The notes beneath the pieces are model-generated. The model did no database searches. It saw only the letters and a list, made by a program, of their open reading frames with translations, and was not told the origin of the DNA. This document shows positions 38,999 through 48,117 of a DNA stretch of 64,000 bases, piece after piece. The first letter of the stretch is position 1; every line of letters begins with the position of its first letter. The DNA lies in NCBI GenBank assembly GCA_963716745.1, contig OY970320.1:768001-832000 (forward strand), in the 5' to 3' direction. This DNA is from an uncultured Gemmatimonadaceae bacterium. Its GTDB lineage: Bacteria; Gemmatimonadota; Gemmatimonadetes; Gemmatimonadales; Gemmatimonadaceae. Both the position numbers and the translations under genes were made by a program.

Positions 38999-41900
38999 TC
39001 AGCATGTAGAGGTTCGCTCAGCATGTCGCGCCAATCTGCACATAAGATTGACCTGCCTCATCTCATCAACGCCCCTACATCGCCCTGCCATAAGCCCCGG
39101 TGATCCGAGCACCCCCGCTACCGCCTTCGCCCTACTCACCGCCACATTCATTCTGTTCGCACTCAGCAAGAACTCCGCCCCTCGAGGCGAGTCCTCGAGC
39201 GTCGATGAACACATCGACACGATGACCACCGGCGCCTCCTGACCCTGGAACTTGTCCACGGATCCCACTCGCACCGCCGGGTCCATCCGCCCGCGCAGAT
39301 TCCGCACCTGCATGTTGAACGGCGCAACGACTAATACGTCTTCCGTGGTCATTGCGCGAGCGGGTTTGTTTTCCACGGTCACGCTGCGCGCGAGCAGCTC
39401 CTTGACGAGCGGCACGATCGCGTCGGCCTCCTCGTCGCTGCTCTGGCTGTTTCCTTCGTGTTCCACCGGCATCCACACGATGCCGTGCTGGGTTCCAACG
39501 GCGTTCCCCTCGGTGCGCGTCGCGCTCTTGAGGCGGCCCTCATAAAATGCATCCGATATGAACGCGCACACGTCCGGGTGCATGCGGTAGCTCAGCCCCA
39601 GGAAGATCCCGAAGTCCGGCGGGATGGTCGCGTGACCGTTCAGCGCGTACTCCAGACAACTCATGCCGCTCTCGCCGGGGTGGGTGCCCTTGAGCGGCTG
39701 CGCGAGCTGCATCTGGTCGCCGATGAGCACGATGTTCTTCGCGCTCTGGCCCATCGCCACGGCGTTCGCGAGGCTCACCTGCCCCGCTTCGTCGATGAAC
39801 AGGTAGTCGAGCGAGCCAACGAGCGCTTCGCGGCTGAACAGCCACGCGGTGCCGCCGAGTACCCACGGCCCGGGGGTGCCGGCCAACTGGTCGGCGTCGC
39901 CGGACGCGGCGAGGTGGGTGATCCGCTCGTGAAGCTCTACGGTCTCGTCGCCGTCGCTGCCCACCTTGTAGAGCGCCGCGTTCCCGGGCGGGGCCGGATC
40001 GTTCTTCAGGATCGCGGCCATCACGTTGAGCACCACCTTGTGGCTGTTGGCGGCGATACCGACGCGCTTTCCGCGACGGAGCAGCTCGACGATCATGCTT
40101 GAAGCGGTGTAGGTCTTTCCAGTTCCTGGGGGGCCTTGAATGCAAAGTGTGCTGCCATCGAGTCTACAGACGATATCGATGGCGTCGCGTAGGAAGTTGG
40201 GACCGTCCTCAACGAGTGCTCCACCATCGTGGCCCTCTATCCGCGGCTTCCGGCGGAAGAGGAGATCATCAATGGCGGTGCATCGTTCATCGTGCGTCGT
40301 GCATTGTTGGGCGAACCGCACGAGGGATTCCTTGATCGGCTTCGCGCTCAGGTAGTCGTCGGGGATCAGGCTCAGGCGATCGGGGAGTTGCTTGTTCTTC
40401 GACAGCTTGAGCTCGAGCAGGCCGGCGTCCGCATCCAAGGTCACGATGCTGCACTTCGTGCGCCATTGGTCGGTCACGACCACCTTACAACCGGCGTGCA
40501 GCTTGGTATCGCTGTTGGGATCGAACGAGTATTCGTGCGCCAATGACTGTTTCTCGGGACGCGCCGCCTTCTTTGTGCGCACGAGGCCCGTGAGACAATC
40601 GAAATCTTCGCGCAGCTGCTCCTCGGTCTTCTCCAAACGGTCGAAATACTGCCACCACACCGGCTTCTCCTCGCGGCGGTGGTACTCCACGAGCCAGCCG
40701 ACGAGCGCGGTCACGCGCGCACGTTCTGGATCCTCTTCCTCCTCAGCCATCTCGGCGAGCTTGGCCGCAACCACGGCGCCCGGATCAGGCTCGCGCGGCG
40801 GACGGTCATCATCAGCGCCGGCAGGCTCAGTCGCCACCGGCGGCGCCGGATATTTCGCATCGAACTCCGCCTTCCGGTCCATGAGCCAGTCGCGCACGCC
40901 CACGGTGCTCTCGCAGTCCACGCGATTGTACTCGCGGATCTCGTTCAACCGCGCGCTCCCCGCCCAGCCCTGCGGCTCGCCGCTGTCGATCCACGCCTGG
41001 TAGGCCAGCACGGAATCGCCGGCGTTGGACACAGCCTGCTCGCGCGGCGGCATGTAGAGGCACTCGATGTCCTTCAGCGAATAACCGGTGGCCCCGATCG
41101 TCACGCCCTGACGCACGATGTTGTACAGGTCCACCAGCACTTCATTGCGCAGCAGATCGTCCACCTCGTTCTCGCGCGTGGCGTACTTGCCCATCAAACG
41201 GCGCAGCGCCGTTTTCTCGTACGCGGCGTAATGGTACACGTGCATCTCGGGATCCTGCTGCCAGCGCGCGTGCGCGAAATCGACGAAGCCCTCGAAGGCT
41301 TTTTTCTCCTGCTCGGGCGAATGCGCCCACCAGTCGTGGAATTTCGGTTTCCCGTCTTCGACAGTGACGGCGCCGAAGAGATACTCGAGGCCGCCGGGAT
41401 AGAACGGGAATCCTTCCATGTCGAAGAACACGTCCAGCGGCCGAGGCGGCGGCAGCAGCGCGAGCCCGCGCCCGGGGTCGTTGGGCGAGGGCGGGCGCAA
41501 TTCGAAGAGCGGTTTGTCGAGCTCGCGCGATGCCTGCTGCAGCGCCGCCTGCCGGCGGAGCTTCGTGAGCGTTTCGGGAGAGATTCGGGGAATGCCTACT
41601 ATTGTACTGTCGGCGAAGTCTTTGAGCGTGGTGATGCCCGCATCCTCGAGCCGGCGGATCTGCGTGCGCGTGATATTCGCGACGCGACTGAGATGGTCGC
41701 GCTCTTCCAGCAGCTGCTCGGCGAACGTGCTCCACTGGCCATAGCTGCGCTCGAGCCCGGGGTCGGGCATGTTGTCGCGGCGCCAATTCTTCTGGAACAC
41801 CAGGAACGCGTCGCGCTGCACCAGATAGTAGAAATAGAAATCGTCCGTCTTGAACGACTCTTCCGTGCTGTCGCCGAAGATGAACTTGATCTGCTTGGGC

Positions 41901-42415
41901 CGAACCCCCTGCATGGCCTCGAGCATGCCGGCGTAGCAGCAGAGCTGCACGATGAAGGCCGGCTTCGCCGAGCGCGCGAGTTTGACGTCGCGGGGCTCGT
42001 AGTGGTAGTCGCCGAGTTTCGAGGGGCCGGGGATTTTGTACAGGAGATCCGGATAGCCCTGCCAGTCGCCGTCGGTGAGGCAAGCTTGGTAGATCACATT
42101 CGCACCAGCGTGCATGGCGTCCAGCGTGTGGCGCGCGGCATGCTCGTCGTTGCGATCGATCTCCACGAGGTCCGGGATCTCGGCGCGCAGTTTGGCGAGG
42201 TGCCGCTTCTCGTGCTCATCGCCCATGCGCGCGGCGAGATCATCGCCGCCTTCGCGGACGTCGGGGGCGATCGAGATGCCGGCGGGGATTCCGGGAACGG
42301 CCGCGGCGCCGCCCTCGAACTTGGACCGCTCACACCAAGCCGAAAAATCGCCTTCGAGGAAAGCGAGAAGGTCCTTTGGCGAGAACTGCGTGCGGCCGTC
42401 GGGGAGTTTCTTCAC
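38999..42415 (-). CDS. TM0106-family RecB-like nuclease / RNase H-like / SF1 (Dna2/Nam7) helicase
   Basis: GYPDLL..DVKLA; FFDMEG..YNRVDC; GPPGTGKT, IDEAGQ, GDQMQL, YRMHP, VDKFQGQE, NVAVSRA; intact 1138 aa. Confidence 0.93.
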   Translation of the reverse strand: MKKLPDGRTQFSPKDLLAFLEGDFSAWCERSKFEGGAAAVPGIPAGISIAPDVREGGDDLAARMGDEHEKRHLAKLRAEIPDLVEIDRNDEHAARHTLDAMHAGANVIYQACLTDGDWQGYPDLLYKIPGPSKLGDYHYEPRDVKLARSAKPAFIVQLCCYAGMLEAMQGVRPKQIKFIFGDSTEESFKTDDFYFYYLVQRDAFLVFQKNWRRDNMPDPGLERSYGQWSTFAEQLLEERDHLSRVANITRTQIRRLEDAGITTLKDFADSTIVGIPRISPETLTKLRRQAALQQASRELDKPLFELRPPSPNDPGRGLALLPPPRPLDVFFDMEGFPFYPGGLEYLFGAVTVEDGKPKFHDWWAHSPEQEKKAFEGFVDFAHARWQQDPEMHVYHYAAYEKTALRRLMGKYATRENEVDDLLRNEVLVDLYNIVRQGVTIGATGYSLKDIECLYMPPREQAVSNAGDSVLAYQAWIDSGEPQGWAGSARLNEIREYNRVDCESTVGVRDWLMDRKAEFDAKYPAPPVATEPAGADDDRPPREPDPGAVVAAKLAEMAEEEEDPERARVTALVGWLVEYHRREEKPVWWQYFDRLEKTEEQLREDFDCLTGLVRTKKAARPEKQSLAHEYSFDPNSDTKLHAGCKVVVTDQWRTKCSIVTLDADAGLLELKLSKNKQLPDRLSLIPDDYLSAKPIKESLVRFAQQCTTHDERCTAIDDLLFRRKPRIEGHDGGALVEDGPNFLRDAIDIVCRLDGSTLCIQGPPGTGKTYTASSMIVELLRRGKRVGIAANSHKVVLNVMAAILKNDPAPPGNAALYKVGSDGDETVELHERITHLAASGDADQLAGTPGPWVLGGTAWLFSREALVGSLDYLFIDEAGQVSLANAVAMGQSAKNIVLIGDQMQLAQPLKGTHPGESGMSCLEYALNGHATIPPDFGIFLGLSYRMHPDVCAFISDAFYEGRLKSATRTEGNAVGTQHGIVWMPVEHEGNSQSSDEEADAIVPLVKELLARSVTVENKPARAMTTEDVLVVAPFNMQVRNLRGRMDPAVRVGSVDKFQGQEAPVVIVSMCSSTLEDSPRGAEFLLSANRMNVAVSRAKAVAGVLGSPGLMAGRCRGVDEMRQVNLMCRLARHAERTSTC

Positions 42416-43104
42416 TCGGATACGTCGTCCTCGCCATAAGGCCGCGGCTCAATGCGAACCCCCAGCTTGAGGAGGTCGCACGTCCACTGAAAGCAAGTGA
42501 CAGCGACAGGTGAGGAAAATACCTGCGTGTCGTCCGCCATTGGGCTGTCGAGGAGTCCGATGAACCCGACCTCCTCTCCGCTATCGGGATCGAGCCACGG
42601 CATGTACGGCTCGCATTCAGTCACGGCCGCGCGCGCTATAGCGTACGCGGGATTCAAACGGCGACAGATCGAAAGCACCTGCTCAGGATCGTCGATCTCG
42701 ATGATCTCATCGACGCTCCGCTTTTCACCAAGCCAGCGCTTCAGCACCTTGGCATCTCCCTTCACGGGGCCGCCGTAGATCCTCGCGAATGTTCGTTCCG
42801 TGAGCGCCGAGCCGCCGCGTTGGCTGACGCGATCGCGCAGCGCCTCAGTGGCTGCCTTTCCGAGCACGCGCTCCATTCGATCAATGTGCGCGCCCTCATT
42901 TCCGTCCGCGAGTTCCTCGCGCAGCCATTGGAGCATGCGGCCGCGTGTAAGCCGGGCGATCTCCATATCCGGGGCACTGAGGCGGTACTCGGCGCCCTCT
43001 TCGAGGTATGTGGCGGTCACGAAACTGTCGGACTTCTTCGCGGCCGTGAGTCTGCGGAGGAGCGGGCGCGCGTGCTCGTCGGCGTACGCGATCGCCTCAC
43101 GCAT
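42412..43104 (-). CDS. Hypothetical protein coupled to the TM0106 gene
   Basis: 230-aa ORF with GTGA overlap. Confidence 0.7.
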   Translation of the reverse strand: MREAIAYADEHARPLLRRLTAAKKSDSFVTATYLEEGAEYRLSAPDMEIARLTRGRMLQWLREELADGNEGAHIDRMERVLGKAATEALRDRVSQRGGSALTERTFARIYGGPVKGDAKVLKRWLGEKRSVDEIIEIDDPEQVLSICRRLNPAYAIARAAVTECEPYMPWLDPDSGEEVGFIGLLDSPMADDTQVFSSPVAVTCFQWTCDLLKLGVRIEPRPYGEDDVSE

Positions 43105-43179
43105 GCGAGCGGGAGGATGATCGGGGGCTCATAGTTCCACGGGCGAAACGTCTGCTCGTTCAAAGGCGCCTTCCGAAGA

Positions 43180-43374
43180 TCATGTGCCGTACGCCTCCCG
43201 CGGCGGCACGAGCCGCAAGATCGGCGCACCACAGAAAGTCTCCACCAGATTGTTCTCGGCGCGCGGAGGCGTCGGAACTTTCAGGTAGAACTTCTGCGGG
43301 CAGTAGGTCGGCTCCCGCCCGTTCACGTAGCGGCGGCCGCACTTTGGGCACTCCCACGAGAAGCGGTTCGACAT
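43180..43374 (-). CDS. Stand-alone Cys4 zinc-finger protein (paralogue 3)
   Basis: WECPKCGRRYVNGREPTYC-x22-CGAPIL, homologous to the N-termini of the next two genes. Confidence 0.8.
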   Translation of the reverse strand: MSNRFSWECPKCGRRYVNGREPTYCPQKFYLKVPTPPRAENNLVETFCGAPILRLVPPREAYGT

Positions 43375-43380
43375 GCAAGG

Positions 43381-43402
43381 AATCTGCACCCTGGGTCTGA
43401 CA
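43381..43402 (-). promoter_or_regulatory. PafBC-type leaderless promoter
   Basis: TGTCAG-ACCCAGGGTG-CAGATT-6 nt-ATG. Confidence 0.72.
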
Positions 43403-43446
43403 GTGGTGAGGTCTCGGCAATTGCTGCCGCCGGTAGTCGGGAACGC

Positions 43447-44136
43447 CTAAGTCTGCCTCACTCTTCCGTCTGCTCCAGCGCCGCCTTCGGGTCCATTCCT
43501 TCGTAGATCACCTTCATCAGTCGGTCGAACTCCAGAGTCGGCCAGACAGAAGCTCGCGTTGATCACGTTATTGACCATCTGCTCGGTGAGCACGCAGTCG
43601 TCGACATCGATCCCGGTGCGGTAACGCACGAGGCCTTCCTCGAAGTCGAAATCGAAGCCGCCGACGATCGCGGCCCAGTTCGCTCGCGTGACGTACTCCG
43701 CAACGGCCGGCCGCCGCACGGGCGGCACTTTGAGCGCCAGCATCGCGCGCGCAATGACCTGTCGCTCCTCTTCGCGCGCCGTGACAATGACGCGGAGCGT
43801 CGAGTGCCTTCCGTTCAGCGTGAACTCCACGCTCTCATACTCAGGCAAGACCAAATGAGGCCAACCGCGGCCCTGCACCGCGCTGACCGCTATCGCCAAC
43901 AGGGAGCCGTCGGGCGCTGTCCCGCCCCCGCTCGCTTTTTCCTCGAATGGCTCGGCTGGCCGCGCGAGGGGCAGGATCGGCGCGCCGCACCGCGTGGCGA
44001 GCAGCCCGGTGGCAGCGTCGGCCCGCGGATGCGCCGGCGCGTGCAGTGAGAGTTGCTCCTCGCAGTACGTCGGCTCCTCACCGTTCACGTACTTCTTGCC
44101 GCACTTGGGGCACTGCCAGCTGTAGACAGTTTGCAT
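43447..44136 (-). CDS. Cys4 zinc finger + YbjN domain protein (paralogue 2; 3' frameshift)
   Basis: WQCPKCGKKYVNGEEPTYC..RCGAPIL; KVPPVRRPAVAEYVTRANW..GGFDFDFEEGLVRYRTGID. Confidence 0.85.
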   Translation of the reverse strand: MQTVYSWQCPKCGKKYVNGEEPTYCEEQLSLHAPAHPRADAATGLLATRCGAPILPLARPAEPFEEKASGGGTAPDGSLLAIAVSAVQGRGWPHLVLPEYESVEFTLNGRHSTLRVIVTAREEERQVIARAMLALKVPPVRRPAVAEYVTRANWAAIVGGFDFDFEEGLVRYRTGIDVDDCVLTEQMVNNVINASFCLADSGVRPTDEGDLRRNGPEGGAGADGRVRQT

Positions 44137-44142
44137 GCTATG

Positions 44143-44163
44143 AGTGTGCAAAGGGTTGCGACA
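44143..44163 (-). promoter_or_regulatory. PafBC-type leaderless promoter (9-nt spacer)
   Basis: TGTCGC-AACCCTTTG-CACACT-6 nt-ATG. Confidence 0.6.
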
Positions 44164-44886
44164 TCACTTCTCCGGCCGCTCCAGAGCCGCCTTCGGCTCC
44201 TCGCCGCCGTAGATCACCTGCATCAAGCGGTCGTGGTAGATGTCCGCCATGTACGAGGTCATCCCGAACAGAGTGTCGACCATCTTCTCGGTGAGCGTGC
44301 CGCCCTCCACATCAATGCCGCAGCGGAAGCGCACACTGCCGTTCTCGAAGTCGAGATCGAAGGCGCCAGTGAAACACCTGTAGTTCACGCGCGCGATGAA
44401 CTCCGCGGCGGCCGGCCGGCGTTCTGGAGGCACCTTGAGCGCCAGATAAGAGGACACGATGACCTGTTGTTCGGGTTCGCGCGCGGTGACGACGACGCGG
44501 ACCGTCGTGCGCTTGCAGGCGAGCGAGAATTCCACTGCAGGGAATTCAGCGTACCGCGCGAAATTCCACTTGCACGCGCGAATGGTGCTGACCACCGTGG
44601 CCATGATCGGACCGTCGGGCGCTCTCTCCTCTTCGCTGATTCTCTCCTCGTTGGGATCGCAGGCGTCAATGCTATCGGACATGTCCGGCGACTCCTCCCG
44701 CGCCGCTTCCGGCGCCTCAAGCGGCAGGATCGGCGCGCCACAGCGCGTCTCCACGAGCCCGCTCTCGTCCGCGAGCGGATGCCCGGGCGTCTTCAGGAAG
44801 AACGACTGCTCGCAGTACGTGGGCTCTTTCCCGTTCACGTATTTCTTGCCGCACTTGGGGCACTGCCAGCTGTAGACGGTTTGCAT
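44164..44886 (-). CDS. Cys4 zinc finger + YbjN domain protein (paralogue 1)
   Basis: Same finger; KVPPERRPAAAEFIARVNY..GAFDLDFENGSVRFRCGID..LMQVIYGGEEP. Confidence 0.88.
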   Translation of the reverse strand: MQTVYSWQCPKCGKKYVNGKEPTYCEQSFFLKTPGHPLADESGLVETRCGAPILPLEAPEAAREESPDMSDSIDACDPNEERISEEERAPDGPIMATVVSTIRACKWNFARYAEFPAVEFSLACKRTTVRVVVTAREPEQQVIVSSYLALKVPPERRPAAAEFIARVNYRCFTGAFDLDFENGSVRFRCGIDVEGGTLTEKMVDTLFGMTSYMADIYHDRLMQVIYGGEEPKAALERPEK

Positions 44887-44892
44887 GAACTG

Positions 44893-44914
44893 AATGTGCG
44901 AGGGGGGTGTGACA
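44893..44914 (-). promoter_or_regulatory. PafBC-type leaderless promoter
   Basis: TGTCAC-ACCCCCCTCG-CACATT-6 nt-ATG. Confidence 0.72.
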
Positions 44915-44917
44915 TTG

Positions 44918-45025
44918 AACTACGCGGGAAGCGGGAAGCGCTGCGGGATGCGCCAACTGCGCGAGGGCCCCACGCGCCGTTCATGCTCAACGCGGCGCTT
45001 CCCGCTTCCCGCTTCCCGCGTAGTT
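44918..45025. repeat. Family B heptamer (CGGGAAG/CGGGACT) inverted repeat, copy 1
   Basis: AACTACGCGGGAAGCGGGAAGCG...CGCTTCCCGCTTCCCGCGTAGTT. Confidence 0.9.
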
Positions 45026-46173
45026 CAAGAAGCCTGCGCCTGGAATGACCGCCGCAGCGCCTCCTTCGCCCAAGTGATCTGCTGCGCCTTTTCAGTGAAG
45101 AGTTTCTGCAGCCGCGGATCCAGCCCCGCGCGATCCGGATGGCACGCCGCGATTATCGTGCGATATGCGCGCTCGATCTCGCCGTAGCTCGCGGTAGAAG
45201 AAACACCGAGCAGGATGCGCGCCTTCTCGAGATCCTCCCGAATCCGCTGCTGGCGGCGGGCGCGCGGGTCATCCTGATGCTGCTGACTCCCTTTCGCGCG
45301 CGCCTCGTTCGTTCGCGCCTCCCTCCGCGCCTCCTCGGCGCCACTCGTGCCGCGAGCGGCGTAGGCGATCTCCTTGAACAATTCCGTGATGTCATGCCCC
45401 GAGAAGTCGAGCGATTTCGCCACCAGGTGGACGGCCGCGGACATTTCCGCCGTGAGCGGGCCATCGGCGAGCGCGAGATTTCGGATGAGTCGCGCATACG
45501 GCGCGCGCTCGGCTGGCGACAACGAGCACACCGGATAGACAATGGTGCGCTTCACAAAGAGGATCTCGCGGATACGCTTCTCGCTGAGTTTCCCCTTGAA
45601 CGCGTCGCATAGGTAGACGACAGCGATCTCGTGGGCCTTGGGCGCGCAGCATGACTCGGCCCACACCAACGTCGCACAAACGAAGGCCGCAACGTCCAGC
45701 CATGCGCGCTCGCGAGGAACGAGACCGTCGGCGTCGAGCCGAACGGTGTTCGGATCCAGACCGGCCTGGTGGATGAGCGACTCCACGGTCTCCTGGCGAG
45801 CCGGCCGCGACAGCTCCCGGAGATCGCGTACGGCGTAATAGGGCGCCGCAAAGAGGCCGCCAATGCTGCCAAGTCCCGTGAACGCCGCGCGAGCGATGCC
45901 CCTCCTCGATGCGCGTCGCACGCACTTCGAGCAGCCGGCGACGACCCGGGAATCAAGGGAAGTGAACCACCCGCGCCCACGGATCACGCGCAGCACGCGC
46001 GCCTCCTGCATGTGCGCCTTGCCGCAGATGGGACACGGTACGTCGTAGCCGTACAGCGGCGGGGGCGGAGGTGCGGCGCGAGGCGCCGCGTTCCGCGACG
46101 CGGAACTCTCCTTCGCCACGCGGAACATGGCCCGGATGATCATGAATGCGATAACTGCGCCAGCATTACCCAT
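45025..46173 (-). CDS. Membrane protein: Zn ribbon + TerB-like + C-terminal J domain (DjlA-like)
   Basis: CPIC..CSKC, TM segment, LALADGPLT..E, ILLGVS..EIERAYR..CHPDR..KAQQITWAKEAL; GGAGG RBS. Confidence 0.82.
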   Translation of the reverse strand: MGNAGAVIAFMIIRAMFRVAKESSASRNAAPRAAPPPPPLYGYDVPCPICGKAHMQEARVLRVIRGRGWFTSLDSRVVAGCSKCVRRASRRGIARAAFTGLGSIGGLFAAPYYAVRDLRELSRPARQETVESLIHQAGLDPNTVRLDADGLVPRERAWLDVAAFVCATLVWAESCCAPKAHEIAVVYLCDAFKGKLSEKRIREILFVKRTIVYPVCSLSPAERAPYARLIRNLALADGPLTAEMSAAVHLVAKSLDFSGHDITELFKEIAYAARGTSGAEEARREARTNEARAKGSQQHQDDPRARRQQRIREDLEKARILLGVSSTASYGEIERAYRTIIAACHPDRAGLDPRLQKLFTEKAQQITWAKEALRRSFQAQAS

Positions 46174-46201
46174 GACTTGAGCCTCCCGGATTGTTGATCG
46201 C

Positions 46202-46223
46202 AATCTGGGAGGGGGGTGTGACA
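46202..46223 (-). promoter_or_regulatory. PafBC-type promoter
   Basis: TGTCAC-ACCCCCCTCC-CAGATT. Confidence 0.72.
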
Positions 46224-46320
46224 GCCTACTCTCGCCGGCTTCCCGGTGTTCGGTTATTCGCTGCTGACACCGGGATATTGCATATTCTGGCGGCCAACAA
46301 TTCGAGGAATCGCGAAGGGC

Positions 46321-47997
46321 ATGACTGAAAACGATCAGGAAAGCGAAACGGGCCCCGCATGGGAACTCGCACGCGCGCTCAAGTCGTTCGGCGAGGCTGA
46401 TGACTCGTCGGCACTCGAGGAGCTTCGCCCAGCATATGCCGCAGCCGAGGCGGCGACGACCGAGCGCGAGCGCCTCGACGTGCTGATTGCAGTCATTGGT
46501 GCGGCGGAACGCCAGCATATTCGCGGTGATGCCCTGCTCCCTTTCCTCCTCTTCGATGGCTCGCCTTCCGTTATCTCGACCGCCGCGCTCCACTCCGTCC
46601 CCGTGTGGCCGGGTGTCTCCGACGAATCACCGCTCCGCGGCGTCGAGGAGTTGCTTCGCCTCGCCGACATCGCGGTCGAGCAAGGCGACGAACCACGCGC
46701 AGTAGCCATTGTGAGCGGAATGCTCCTGCTGGGGGACCGGCGCGTTGCTCAAGCGCTCCGCAATGTGCAACGTCATTTCACCGCGGCCGGGCAGACACTG
46801 CTCGCACGGCTCGGCGGCGTCGCCGCATATGCAACGGTTATCGACTGGCTCATCGACTGGCTTGAAGACTGCGAGCGGAACGAGTTCGGATCGGTCGCCG
46901 GGGCATTGTCTCGTTTCTCGGATCAGGCGAGGAAGGACGGTGTGATCGAAACGAGACGTGCATTGCCCATCTGGTCGCGTCCGCTGGAGGAGGCATCGAT
47001 ACACGTCGGCGAGTGGACTTTCGAGGAGTTCGCGAAGCGCATTCGGCCGCGCCTCCTGCAGATCGCCGCCGATGAAGCCGCACCCCGCATCATGCACAAT
47101 GTGCTCAAGGCCTGGGGCATTTCGCACACGAATCGCTGGGTGACCGGCATCCATCGCCGGCCGGCTGTGAGCGACGCATCGCAGCGGCCCCTGTTGCCAC
47201 AACTGCCACCCGGGACATCCACGGGAGAATTATTCGAACCCATCGAGCTCAAGGATGCGGATTTCGTCGCGCGCGACGGCACGATCCTGATCGGCTGGGC
47301 GATCTTCAATCCCAACGGCCCGACGTTCAGTTGTGTCGGCCTACTGCCGACGGAGGACCCCGAAGTCGATCTGCTATTCTACCGCATGCTCAACCCATTC
47401 ATGCAGAGCTCGTGCACGTTCGCGGCGTTGCGTGGCAGCGAGCGCGACTCTGGCGAGATGCTCGAGCGACTTCTCGCTCCGTTGTTCGGCCGGAATCACA
47501 TTGGCGCTGAGAACTGGAGCTACCCGTTGTTCGGCGGCCTCCCCACCGTCGCCTTCGTCGTCGGCAGCGACGAGGCAAGAGACGCGATTGCAGGCTGGTT
47601 CTGGAGCAACGTCGCACTCGCGGAGGAAGACTTCGTGACGGCCTCCTGGCGGATGCGAGCATTTCCGCTAAGTCCCTGGGAGCGCGTGGGGGCCGAGCGC
47701 GACGAGGCATTGGCTTCGATGACCGATGATGGCCTTCTCGCGATCCCCCGCACCGGTGGCCCGGCGACGCCGGAGGAGTTCACCGACTGGTGGAGTCTCG
47801 TCACATCGGCGGACACCCTCTACTCGGAGTTCTACTGTATTCCTGGCGCGTGGTTTGGAGCGATCGACCATGCGCCGGGCGCGTTGGGGGCCAGCGACGA
47901 CTATACGTTCTGGCAGCTTGATGATTTCGTGGCGCGTTACGGGGTGACGTTGTTCCGGAACTTGGCAGCGACAGCGGACGGCGAGGCAGACTCTTAG
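46321..47997 (+). CDS. Large hypothetical protein (helical-repeat-like N-half)
   Basis: 558-aa intact ORF divergent from the J-domain gene; no family recognised. Confidence 0.75.
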   Translation: MTENDQESETGPAWELARALKSFGEADDSSALEELRPAYAAAEAATTERERLDVLIAVIGAAERQHIRGDALLPFLLFDGSPSVISTAALHSVPVWPGVSDESPLRGVEELLRLADIAVEQGDEPRAVAIVSGMLLLGDRRVAQALRNVQRHFTAAGQTLLARLGGVAAYATVIDWLIDWLEDCERNEFGSVAGALSRFSDQARKDGVIETRRALPIWSRPLEEASIHVGEWTFEEFAKRIRPRLLQIAADEAAPRIMHNVLKAWGISHTNRWVTGIHRRPAVSDASQRPLLPQLPPGTSTGELFEPIELKDADFVARDGTILIGWAIFNPNGPTFSCVGLLPTEDPEVDLLFYRMLNPFMQSSCTFAALRGSERDSGEMLERLLAPLFGRNHIGAENWSYPLFGGLPTVAFVVGSDEARDAIAGWFWSNVALAEEDFVTASWRMRAFPLSPWERVGAERDEALASMTDDGLLAIPRTGGPATPEEFTDWWSLVTSADTLYSEFYCIPGAWFGAIDHAPGALGASDDYTFWQLDDFVARYGVTLFRNLAATADGEADS

Positions 47998-48061
47998 CGA
48001 GGGTCAGAGGCTTCGAGCGGCGCCATCTGCGAACCGAACGAGAATCCTCGTCAGGCCGCGC

Positions 48062-48091
48062 TTGACGATGATATATACCTATCTGTATACT
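48062..48091 (+). promoter_or_regulatory. Sigma70-type promoter with TATAC-N6-GTATA operator
   Basis: TTGACG-N18-TATACT with a short palindrome in the spacer, upstream of the antitoxin gene. Confidence 0.6.
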
Positions 48092-48117
48092 GCGGGCACC
48101 ATGGTCTCGAGGCGCCA

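Noticed and set aside
38999..42415. Cas4/CRISPR adaptation gene
   Set aside because: The RecB-like domain is part of the TM0106 fusion and there is no CRISPR context.
40679..42439. Long antisense/shadow ORFs (also 5916-7529, 14487-15818, 52945-54438, 54996-56279)
   Set aside because: They lie opposite well-supported genes and are an expected high-GC codon artefact.
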